Below, piece by piece: positions 19,235 to 27,010 of a DNA stretch of 64,000 bases. Location: the NCBI GenBank assembly GCA_949287075.1, contig CASEEU010000052.1, positions 7,606 through 71,605 on the forward strand, read 5' to 3'. How positions within the stretch are numbered: position 1 is the first letter of the stretch; each line of letters opens with the position of its first letter. The stretch is from an uncultured Eubacteriales bacterium. GTDB lineage: Bacteria; Bacillota; Clostridia; TANB77; CAG-508. The translations under genes and the position numbers were made by a program. The notes beneath the pieces were generated by a model. That model had not been told where the DNA came from. It did no database searches and saw nothing but the letters and a program-made list of their open reading frames with translations.

Positions 19235-19981
19235 ATGACAAATACGAAAGGAGATATACTTGTGGAAGAAATACGACTACAAAAATATCTTGCAGAAGCA
19301 GGAATTGCTTCAAGAAGAAAAGCAGAAGAGCTCATCTTACAAGGAAAAGTTCAAGTAAATGGAAAAGTGGTAACAGAACTAGGAACAAAAGTAGAGCCTG
19401 GAAAAGATGAAGTAAAGTATGAAAATAAGGTTGTACAAATCGAAAGTAAGAAAATATATATTTTATTAAATAAACCAATTGGATATGTAACAACTGTAAA
19501 AGATCAATTTGATCGTGATTCTGTTTTAGATTTAGTAAAAGTAAAAGAAAGGTTAGTACCAGTGGGAAGATTAGACATGTACACATCAGGTGCTTTAATT
19601 CTTACAAATGATGGAGACTTTGTGTATAAACTGACACATCCAAAACATGAAATTAACAAAACCTATAGCGTTACTTTAAAAGGAATTGTTAGTAAAGAAA
19701 ATATAGAAGCTTTAAAAACAGGTGTGGATATTGGCGGATATATAACAAAACCTGCCAAAGTAAAGATTTTAAAAACAGATGAAGAAAAACAAATCACAAG
19801 ACTAGAAATTATTATCCATGAAGGAAAAAACAGACAAGTAAGAAAAATGTGTGAAGCGATTGGACATAAAGTTCTTGCACTACATAGAAGTGCCATTGCA
19901 GGTATTGGTGTGAAAGATATAGAGCTCGGAAAATGGAGATATTTGTCGAAAGAAGAAGTGAAAAAAATATTACAGGATTAA
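19235..19981 (+). CDS. rluB: RsuA/RluB-family pseudouridine synthase with an S4 domain
   Basis: The motifs are RLQKYLAEAGIASRRKAEELI, GRLDMYTSGALILTNDG and GKNRQVRKM. Confidence 0.85.
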   Translation: MTNTKGDILVEEIRLQKYLAEAGIASRRKAEELILQGKVQVNGKVVTELGTKVEPGKDEVKYENKVVQIESKKIYILLNKPIGYVTTVKDQFDRDSVLDLVKVKERLVPVGRLDMYTSGALILTNDGDFVYKLTHPKHEINKTYSVTLKGIVSKENIEALKTGVDIGGYITKPAKVKILKTDEEKQITRLEIIIHEGKNRQVRKMCEAIGHKVLALHRSAIAGIGVKDIELGKWRYLSKEEVKKILQD

Positions 19982-20006
19982 AACACAAGATATACTTGTG
20001 TTTTTC
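19982..20006 (+). terminator. Rho-independent terminator
   Basis: The hairpin is aacacaag-atatac-ttgtgtt followed by ttt. Confidence 0.7.
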
Positions 20007-20135
20007 TGCATTTTGTGATTTAATATACATAATTTAATTTATATATTTTATTCTAAATTTAATCATAAATTTTAATATCAAAGAAATTTCCAAAAGTAAA
20101 ATTAAAATTTAATTTGTAAGGAGGCGACAGAAGTC

Positions 20136-20741
20136 ATATATCAATTTACATATAAAAATTATATTCAATGCATTCATAATATAAAACAATATGATTATCT
20201 GAATTTACAAGAAGAAAATGAAAAATATAACATTTCAAGAAAAAATAATTTAGACATAAGATATAGAGAAATCATTGAATATCTATTTAAAGACAAAGAA
20301 AGAATTTGTTTTTTTCTTAATTGTTTTTCAGAGATTCATAAAAAAATAGAAGAAGAAAAATTGACATATATAGATTTTTATAAAGGAAAAAAAGGCATAA
20401 AAATTATATATAAACATGCTGATAAACAAATATTTTATGTGATTATGTATCAACAAGAAATTTCTATAGATTTACCCTATTTTATTTTGCAAGAATGTAT
20501 AAAAATTATTCAGAATTGTAAGCAAAAAAACATCAAGAATACGATTATTATCCCTATTGTAATTTATGTCAAAGAAAATATATATCATTATGGAAAAATA
20601 CTGAAGCAATGTTTTCAGATAACAACTTATGATAATCATATACTAGAATTAAAATACAATGTAATGAATTTATCTAAATTTTCAAAATTACCAAAGATGA
20701 AAAATACTATATTAGAAGACTTAATATATTTAGAAAATTAG
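20136..20741 (+). pseudogene. Degenerate Rpn/YhgA-like (PD-(D/E)XK putative transposase family) ORF with no canonical start codon
   Basis: The frame is open from about 20106. A strong SD, taaggagg, lies at 20117..20124, but the first ATG/GTG/TTG in frame is TTG 20361. The product reads ...YLFKDKERICFFLNCFSEI...KIIYKHADKQIFYVIMYQQE...IIIPIVIYVKE.., which resembles the family pattern (..FL..xL.. / LLEhQS / PIIPIVLYnG) as I recall it. Confidence 0.35.
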
Positions 20742-20758
20742 ATATATTTTTATCTACT

Positions 20759-20800
20759 ATAACAAGTGAATCCCAGATATATCTAGGATTCACTTGTTAT
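20759..20800. repeat. 42-nt near-perfect palindrome (20 of 21 positions pair) with no T-tail
   Basis: The sequence is ataacaagtgaatcccagatatatctaggattcacttgttat. Only position 16/27 fails to pair. Confidence 0.85.
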
Positions 20801-20898
20801 ACTGTAATAATACACCATATCTGATTATTTTACATAAAATATATTAATGGCAGAATAAATGACAGATGTATCAAAAGATTAGAAAGGAATGAAACTAG

Positions 20899-21666
20899 AT
20901 GAAAACCATATTAGAAATAAAAAATATTTGTAAAACCTATCAAAGTAAAGAAGGAGAAATTTTAGCACTAGATAATATTCACTTTCGAGTAAAAGAAGGA
21001 GAGTTTGTATCTATTATAGGACCTAGTGGTTGTGGAAAATCTACTTTATTATCCATTATTAGTGGATTAGAAGAAAAAACAAAAGGAGAAATCTACATAG
21101 AAAATAAAAAAGTAGAAGGAATCTCAGAAGAAGTGGGATATATGTTACAAAAAGATTGTCTATTAGAATGGAGGAATATATGGAGCAATAGCATATTAGG
21201 ACTAGAACTAAAAGGAAAATTAGATGAAAAAAATAAAAGCTATGTAGAGAATTTATTAAAAAAATATAATCTTTACGATTTTAGAAATAAATATCCATCT
21301 GAGCTATCTGGAGGAATGAGACAAAGAGCAGCACTAATTAGAACTTTAGCAACAAAACCAAAGATCTTATTGCTAGATGAAGCTTTTTCAGCATTAGATT
21401 ATCAAACAAGAATCATGGTAACAAATGATATTTATTCAATATTAAGAAAAGAAAACATGACAGCTATTATTGTCACACATGATATTTCAGAAGCTATTAG
21501 TATGTCTGATAGAGTAGTAGTATTAACAAAAAGACCAGGAAAAGTGAAAGACATTCATACAATTGATTTCGAAATGGAAAATAGGAATCCTATCAATGTA
21601 AGAGAAAGTCCAAAATTTAGTGGGTATTTTAACACTTTATGGAAGGAGTTGGGTGTTGATGAATAA
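20899..21666 (+). CDS. ABC transporter ATP-binding protein (NitT/TauT, SsuB-like family)
   Basis: The motifs are GPSGCGKSTLL, LSGGMRQRAALIRTL and LLLDEAFSALD. Confidence 0.9.
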   Translation: MKTILEIKNICKTYQSKEGEILALDNIHFRVKEGEFVSIIGPSGCGKSTLLSIISGLEEKTKGEIYIENKKVEGISEEVGYMLQKDCLLEWRNIWSNSILGLELKGKLDEKNKSYVENLLKKYNLYDFRNKYPSELSGGMRQRAALIRTLATKPKILLLDEAFSALDYQTRIMVTNDIYSILRKENMTAIIVTHDISEAISMSDRVVVLTKRPGKVKDIHTIDFEMENRNPINVRESPKFSGYFNTLWKELGVDE

Positions 21667-22465
21667 TGCTTTATCACAGGAAAGAAAACAATATATCAAA
21701 CATAATCGAAAAAGAAAAATACTGGTATTTATAACACAGGTAGCAATATTAGTTGGCTTTTTAGCTATATGGGAAATATTAGCCAATATGAATATCATTG
21801 ATAGTTTTATCATGAGTCAACCAAGTAGAATATGGGAAACATTAACTAACCTGGGTTCAAATGATTTGTTAATGCATATTAAAGTAACTGTATATGAAAC
21901 AGTTGTTGGATTCTTACTAGGAACTATTTTAGGAACAATCATTGCTATTTTGTTATGGTGGTCTAAATTTCTTTCAGATGTGCTAGAACCTTATTTAGTC
22001 GTATTAAATAGTTTACCAAAAGTTGCTTTAGGACCTGTCATTATCATATGGGTAGGAGCAGGAACACCAGCGATTATTGTGATGGCAGTTGCTATTTCAT
22101 TAGTTGTTACCATATTAGAAAATTTAAATGGATTTATAAAAACAGATAAAGATTTAATTAAAATGGCAAAAACATTTAAAGCTACGAAATTTCAAATATT
22201 AACGAAAATTGTTATACCAGCCAATATTTCTACTTTTATTAATTCTTTAAAAGTTAGTATAGGACTTTCTTTAGTAGGTGTTATCTCTGGAGAATTCTTA
22301 GTATCTAAAGCAGGTTTGGGGTATTTGATTGTATATGGAGGCCAAGTATTTAAATTAGATTTGGTTATGGCAAGTGTCATTATACTTGGTATTGTGGCAG
22401 GACTTATGTATTTAGCTGTATTATTGTTAGAAAAAATCATATTGAAATCTAAAAAATTTCAATAA
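21659..22465 (+). CDS. ABC transporter permease (SsuC/TauC-like)
   Basis: ATG 21659 overlaps the upstream stop, as in a coupled operon. There are six hydrophobic segments and a typical binding-protein-dependent permease loop (AKTFKATKFQILTKIVIPAN). Confidence 0.85.
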   Translation: MNNALSQERKQYIKHNRKRKILVFITQVAILVGFLAIWEILANMNIIDSFIMSQPSRIWETLTNLGSNDLLMHIKVTVYETVVGFLLGTILGTIIAILLWWSKFLSDVLEPYLVVLNSLPKVALGPVIIIWVGAGTPAIIVMAVAISLVVTILENLNGFIKTDKDLIKMAKTFKATKFQILTKIVIPANISTFINSLKVSIGLSLVGVISGEFLVSKAGLGYLIVYGGQVFKLDLVMASVIILGIVAGLMYLAVLLLEKIILKSKKFQ

Positions 22466-22477
22466 TAAAATATGAAG

Positions 22478-22617
22478 AAAGACATAATTCTATGAAACAA
22501 AGTTACAGTTTAGCTCTTATACATTTTTATTATTTTTTACACCTTGTGTGTCGCAAAATAATAAAAATGTATAAGAGCTAAACTGTAACAAAAAAAAATT
22601 AGAAATATGTCTTTTTT
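22478..22617 (+). terminator. Very long hairpin with a 35-bp perfect core stem, ending in a T run
   Basis: gttacagtttagctcttatacatttttattatttt (22502..22536) pairs perfectly with 22555..22589 around an 18-nt loop. An outer stem, aaagacata / tatgtcttt, is followed by ttttt. Confidence 0.7.
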
Positions 22618-22747
22618 ATTTATATATAATTTTTATATTATGAAAATTGTGTTAAGATATATGGAAGAATGAGAAGATGATAAATAGTTTTTTTAGATTA
22701 AAGCAATTATATTTTTGAATTTACATAAAATAAAACCTCTAAAAGAC

Positions 22748-22775
22748 TTGTTTTTTTCGTAAATTATGGTAAAAT
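22748..22775 (+). promoter_or_regulatory. Sigma-A-like promoter with an extended -10, serving the three-gene cassette
   Basis: TTGTTT lies at 22748..22753, followed by a 16-nt spacer and tgg-TAAAAT ending at 22775. The SD aaaggag precedes ATG 22801. Confidence 0.5.
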
Positions 22776-22800
22776 ATGTATAGAGTGAAAAGGAGAAATT

Positions 22801-23910
22801 ATGTTGTTACCAGTAAAATCATTAAAAGAAGTACAAAATGAAATAAACGAGCAGTTAGGTGTGATGAAAAAATTAAATCCTCAAAATGGATATTATTTTC
22901 ACACACATGGATCAAGAGAATATAGTATACATGACACGAAAGTGGAGACAACAATGTGTCATAAAGATGATAATGAATTAATATTAGCACATTTTAAGTC
23001 TAAAAAGGGGTATAATTCTAAATTAAAAAACAGTAAGCAATTTGCTAATCACTATGCAGAGTATATCGCATATTTAATTTTAAAGCAATTAGGAAAAAAA
23101 GTTTGCAAAACGGATTTAGGAGAAATTGCCATAAGAAATAAGTATAGTAATAAAGTGATAAATATAGAAGGCGTTTTAAGTCAGTATCAAGTTACAGTGG
23201 AAGAGAATTTTAAACCATTAATGGTCATTGCGGAAAGTTATAAAAAAGAACATCCTAAAAAATATAAAGAAATGACAACACAAGGTAAAACAAATTCAGA
23301 AGATAATTATGTGAATATCGAAATTATATTAAAAACCTTAGAAGAATATTATACAAAAAATGGACAAAGTGATAAAATTCCACAAATGAGAAAAGATTTT
23401 TTTGATATGTGTATGTTTGATTTGATGTTTGCTAATAGAGATAGAAGTGATGACAATTTTGGTGTAAAAGTGAATCAACGAACAAACGAAATCAATTTTT
23501 ATGCATTATTTGATAATGAACAAATTTTAGGAATGCAAGAAGAGAAAGATGATATTGTAAGATATTTATCAAGTGACAAAGGATATCAAAAATTCAAAAA
23601 GCAAAATTTAACATCATGTATTGGTATACCAGGAAATCCAAAAAGAACAGAACCAACTGCACTGTTAATATATTTATTAGAACATTATCATGAAGAAACA
23701 ATCGATTCATTAAATGATATCGGTAGATATACATTTTCACATTTAGAAGAAGTTTTAGAAGTGTGTTCAAAACTATCTACAGAACATAAAATATTTGCCA
23801 AAAAAATATTCTTAGAGAGACAAGAAGAAATAACAGATGCACTAAAAGCGTTTCAACAAAGAAAAGAAGAAGAAAATTTAAAAGAAGATGATGATTCACT
23901 AGAATTATAA
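22801..23910 (+). CDS. HipA_C-like kinase-fold protein, paralog 1, with a variant catalytic loop
   Basis: It carries DLMFANRDRSDDNFGV...INFYALFDNEQILG, with 24 residues between the two Asp. It is collinear with the third gene: FKSKKG versus LFKPKRP, and ANHYAEYIAYLILKQLG versus ANHYGEFIGSVLAREAD. Confidence 0.6.
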   Translation: MLLPVKSLKEVQNEINEQLGVMKKLNPQNGYYFHTHGSREYSIHDTKVETTMCHKDDNELILAHFKSKKGYNSKLKNSKQFANHYAEYIAYLILKQLGKKVCKTDLGEIAIRNKYSNKVINIEGVLSQYQVTVEENFKPLMVIAESYKKEHPKKYKEMTTQGKTNSEDNYVNIEIILKTLEEYYTKNGQSDKIPQMRKDFFDMCMFDLMFANRDRSDDNFGVKVNQRTNEINFYALFDNEQILGMQEEKDDIVRYLSSDKGYQKFKKQNLTSCIGIPGNPKRTEPTALLIYLLEHYHEETIDSLNDIGRYTFSHLEEVLEVCSKLSTEHKIFAKKIFLERQEEITDALKAFQQRKEEENLKEDDDSLEL

Positions 23911-23927
23911 TAAGATGAGGTGAATAG

Positions 23928-24299
23928 ATGGAGTATTTATATTTAAAATGGGTAGATTATAAAACAAATAAAAAATATTTAATAGGTGCCTTATTTAGGG
24001 ACAAAGAAAAGGGAAAGTATTATTTTAAAATGAGTAGAAAACATGTGGAAAAAGCAATTCAAGAAAAAGTAATATCAGAAGCTTTATTACCCTTTTATGA
24101 TTTAGATAAGATTTATGAAAGTGATGAAATTTTTGCCATTTTTAAAGTGAGATTACCTAAAATTGAAACATATTCTCAAGAGGAAATGAAAGAATTATTG
24201 GAAGATTTAGAAATGGATGAATATGATGAGTTTGAGTATTTAAGGAAAACAAAGGGGATGTTGGTAACAGATAAATATATATTAGAAGAGGAGAAATAA
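23928..24299 (+). CDS. Small 123-aa protein resembling HipA N-terminal subdomain 1 (HipS-like)
   Basis: The SD gaggtg is present. The sequence reads LIGALFRDKEKGKYYFKMS...LLPFYDLDKIYESDEIFAIFKVRLPK...EYLRKTKGMLVTDKYIL. This fits the pattern vGxL...g.y.F.Y...LP...fF.nlLP...lL...G.d..G that I recall for the HipA N-domain. The stop lies 1 nt before the next ATG. Confidence 0.4.
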   Translation: MEYLYLKWVDYKTNKKYLIGALFRDKEKGKYYFKMSRKHVEKAIQEKVISEALLPFYDLDKIYESDEIFAIFKVRLPKIETYSQEEMKELLEDLEMDEYDEFEYLRKTKGMLVTDKYILEEEK

Positions 24300-24300
24300 T

Positions 24301-25350
24301 ATGTTCGAATTTAGAAATATTGATGGATTTATACCATATAAGTTCGAAACAGTGGGAGAGCTAAAAGGAAAAAGATGGTATATAGATTCTAAAAAACGTA
24401 AAACGGGATTATTTAAACCCAAAAGACCTGAATTCAAAGATCAAAAGGTGTTTTGTGCAAACCATTATGGAGAGTTTATAGGAAGTGTTTTAGCAAGGGA
24501 GGCAGACATACCAGCTTGCGAAGCAGAATTAGCACATCTTAGTAAATATTATGAACATATACATAAAGAAAGAAATCATGGAACACCAGAGGAAAAAGAT
24601 GGTTGTATCATTTATAGTCAATTAGAAAGAGAAGATATACTAGAAGCAGGAAAATTTACAATTGAGAGATTTAAAGAAAGATATAGAGAACGCTATGAAA
24701 GAATCATAAAAGATGATAAATATAAAGGAGATGTCAATGATAATGTAGAATTAGTTTTTGCCGCTATCATTTCTAGAGTAGTAGATTTTTACAGAAGGAA
24801 AGGGATTTATTCAGAAGAATTTATACAAGCCAAAATACAACAAACCAGAAAAAGAATTATAGAGATGATTGTGTACGATTGTTTATATGGAAACTATGAT
24901 AGACATGATGAGAATTGGTCTATGCAAATCAAAGGAAATGAGAATATTGATTTATATCCATTATATGACAATGAAAGAGTATTAGGTCTTTATGAAAATC
25001 AAAATTTTATTGAAGATACATTAAGGAATCAAGAAGTGGAGAAGAAAATAGATGAAAACTTCTTCTCTAGGATGCATGTACCAGGAGAAACTAAGAAAAA
25101 TTCAACATATAAAGAAATGTTAGAATATCTGATGAATACATACCCGCAAGAGACAAGAGAAATGTTACAAAAGCAATTAAGTAGACATACAGCTGAAAGT
25201 ATAAGAAAACTTTTAGAAGAATGTGAGGGCTTACCTAGTGTATATGTGGATTTTGGAACAAAAATGTATACATATAGAAATGCTTTTGCAAAAGAATTAT
25301 TAGAACGTAATAAAAATCTTGAATTATTAGAGAAAGGTCAAGAAAGATAA
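24301..25350 (+). CDS. HipA_C-like Ser/Thr kinase, paralog 2, with a canonical catalytic loop and no N-subdomain 1
   Basis: It carries YGNYDRHDENWSMQIKGNENIDLYPLYDNERVLG. The two Asp are 23 residues apart, matching the catalytic and Mg-binding Asp spacing in E. coli HipA as I recall it. GLFKPKRP resembles the HipA Lys-containing strand. Confidence 0.7.
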   Translation: MFEFRNIDGFIPYKFETVGELKGKRWYIDSKKRKTGLFKPKRPEFKDQKVFCANHYGEFIGSVLAREADIPACEAELAHLSKYYEHIHKERNHGTPEEKDGCIIYSQLEREDILEAGKFTIERFKERYRERYERIIKDDKYKGDVNDNVELVFAAIISRVVDFYRRKGIYSEEFIQAKIQQTRKRIIEMIVYDCLYGNYDRHDENWSMQIKGNENIDLYPLYDNERVLGLYENQNFIEDTLRNQEVEKKIDENFFSRMHVPGETKKNSTYKEMLEYLMNTYPQETREMLQKQLSRHTAESIRKLLEECEGLPSVYVDFGTKMYTYRNAFAKELLERNKNLELLEKGQER

Positions 25351-25358
25351 AAAATATA

Positions 25359-25392
25359 AGAATTGCTATATAACATAGTAATTCTTTTTTTA
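25359..25392 (+). terminator. Rho-independent terminator closing the cassette
   Basis: The hairpin is aagaattgctat-ataac-atagtaattctt followed by T7. Confidence 0.7.
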
Positions 25393-25467
25393 CATTATAG
25401 AAAAGTACATTTCACATATTCTAACAAGAAACATAAAATATAAGAAGAAAAAATTAGGAGGTGTGAA

Positions 25468-26487
25468 ATGAGTAAAAGAGGAAAAATTGTTCTAGTGCTA
25501 GCAATTGTGCTAATTGCAATTGTTGTTACTATTGTAGTTATAAAATGTCAAACAGGAAACAATCAAAATACTTTACAAACCATTAATGTTAGTGAAGTAA
25601 CACGTTCAGTTTTTTATGCACCACAATATGTTGCAATCAACAATGGATATTTTGAGGAAAGAGGATTAGAAATCGAATTATCTACTGGTCAAGGAGCAGA
25701 TGCCGTTATGACAAGTGTATTAGCAAATCAAGTAGAAATTGGATTTGCAGGTCCAGAGGCTTCCATCTATGTATATAACGAAGGAAAAGAAGATTATACA
25801 GAGGTATTTGCACAATTAACAAAAAAGGATGGATCATTATTGGTTTCTAGAACAGATGAAGAAAATTTTAGTTGGGAAAATTTAAAAGGTAAAACAGTGA
25901 TTCCAGGAAGAAAAGGCGGCGTACCATATATGACTTTAGAATATGTATTAAAAAAGAATGGAATCAATCCAGAAACAGATGTCATATTAGATGATAGTAT
26001 TAAATTTGACCTAATGGCAGGAGCATTTGCTGCTGGAAATGCGGACTATGTAACTTTATTTGAACCAACAGCTTCTCTAACGGAACAAGAAGGAAAAGGA
26101 TATGTAGTGGCGTCAGTTGGAGAAGAGGCAGGAGAAATACCATATACAGCTTATTTTGCTAAAAAAAGTTATATTGAGGCAAATGAAGAAATTATTCAAA
26201 ACTTTACAGATGCGATTTATGAAGGGCAAACTTGGGTAAAAGAACATACTGCAGAAGAAATTGCTACTGTTATACAAGATTTTTTCCCAGATACGAGTAT
26301 TGAAATGTTAACAGAGGCAATACAAACATATAAAGATATTGATGCATGGAATGAAACACCTGTATTGGAAGAAGAAAGTTTCAATAGACTTCAAGAAGTC
26401 ATGACATTGGCTGGAGAGCTAAAAACTCCAGCACCATATGATAAAGTTGTTAATAATGCTTATGCATTTAACAGCATTCAAAATTAA
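25468..26487 (+). CDS. ABC transporter substrate-binding protein (NMT1/THI5 / SsuA-like)
   Basis: The SD aggagg is present. There is an N-terminal anchor, then VTRSVFYAPQYVAINNGYFEERGLEIEL..GQGADAVMTSVLANQVEIGFAG. Confidence 0.85.
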   Translation: MSKRGKIVLVLAIVLIAIVVTIVVIKCQTGNNQNTLQTINVSEVTRSVFYAPQYVAINNGYFEERGLEIELSTGQGADAVMTSVLANQVEIGFAGPEASIYVYNEGKEDYTEVFAQLTKKDGSLLVSRTDEENFSWENLKGKTVIPGRKGGVPYMTLEYVLKKNGINPETDVILDDSIKFDLMAGAFAAGNADYVTLFEPTASLTEQEGKGYVVASVGEEAGEIPYTAYFAKKSYIEANEEIIQNFTDAIYEGQTWVKEHTAEEIATVIQDFFPDTSIEMLTEAIQTYKDIDAWNETPVLEEESFNRLQEVMTLAGELKTPAPYDKVVNNAYAFNSIQN

Positions 26488-26513
26488 TTTTTACTATTAT
26501 GTAAAAAAACATA

Positions 26514-26542
26514 TTGACAAATAAAACCTATAATGTTATATT
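26514..26542 (+). promoter_or_regulatory. Sigma-A-like promoter
   Basis: TTGACA lies at 26514..26519, followed by a 17-nt spacer and tgt-TATATT ending at 26542. Confidence 0.55.
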
Positions 26543-26566
26543 TACCAATAAAGGAGAAGTGATAAT

Positions 26567-26899
26567 ATGAATATGGATCTTTCTAATATTGGTAAAAGAA
26601 TACAAGCAACAAGAATGGAAAATAAAATTAGCCAAAAAGAAATGGCACATTTCTTAGGAATATCTATGAATTATATAAGCAGATTAGAAAATGGAAAAAC
26701 AAAAATAGATTTGAAAACATTTATGAAAATATGTGATTTTTTAAATATTTCTATTTATGATGTTCTAAACGAAAAAAGTGATCATATAATAGGATATATG
26801 GATAAAGAGTTATATGAGTTAATTATAAAGTGTAATCTGGAGAAACAGAAGTTTATATATAATATGGTAAAGTTATTAATAAAAAATCAAGTGGTATGA
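26567..26899 (+). CDS. XRE-family helix-turn-helix transcriptional regulator
   Basis: The HTH region is IGKRIQATRMENKISQKEMAHFLGISMNYISRLENGKT. Confidence 0.85.
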   Translation: MNMDLSNIGKRIQATRMENKISQKEMAHFLGISMNYISRLENGKTKIDLKTFMKICDFLNISIYDVLNEKSDHIIGYMDKELYELIIKCNLEKQKFIYNMVKLLIKNQVV

Positions 26900-26914
26900 A
26901 TTTGAAAATTCTGG

Positions 26915-26942
26915 AAAAAAGTCAAAAATTTGACTTTTTTTT
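26915..26942 (+). terminator. Rho-independent terminator
   Basis: The hairpin is aaaaaagtcaa-aaat-ttgactttttt. Confidence 0.7.
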
Positions 26943-27010
26943 AGATTTATAGTATACTATTTCGGTACTACTTTTTTTAAAATATAAAATATTTAAGGAG
27001 AAGGATTACA

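Noticed and set aside
19198-19410. 70-aa ORF overlapping the 5' end of rluB in another frame
   Set aside because: The rluB frame carries recognisable S4 and pseudouridine synthase motifs from its own start. The alternative frame gives a Lys/Arg-rich string of no recognisable family.
26567-26899. XRE-family HTH gene as the missing HipB of the kinase cassette
   Set aside because: It is separated from the cassette by a terminator, by the ABC binding-protein gene, and by its own promoter. A functional link cannot be inferred from the sequence.
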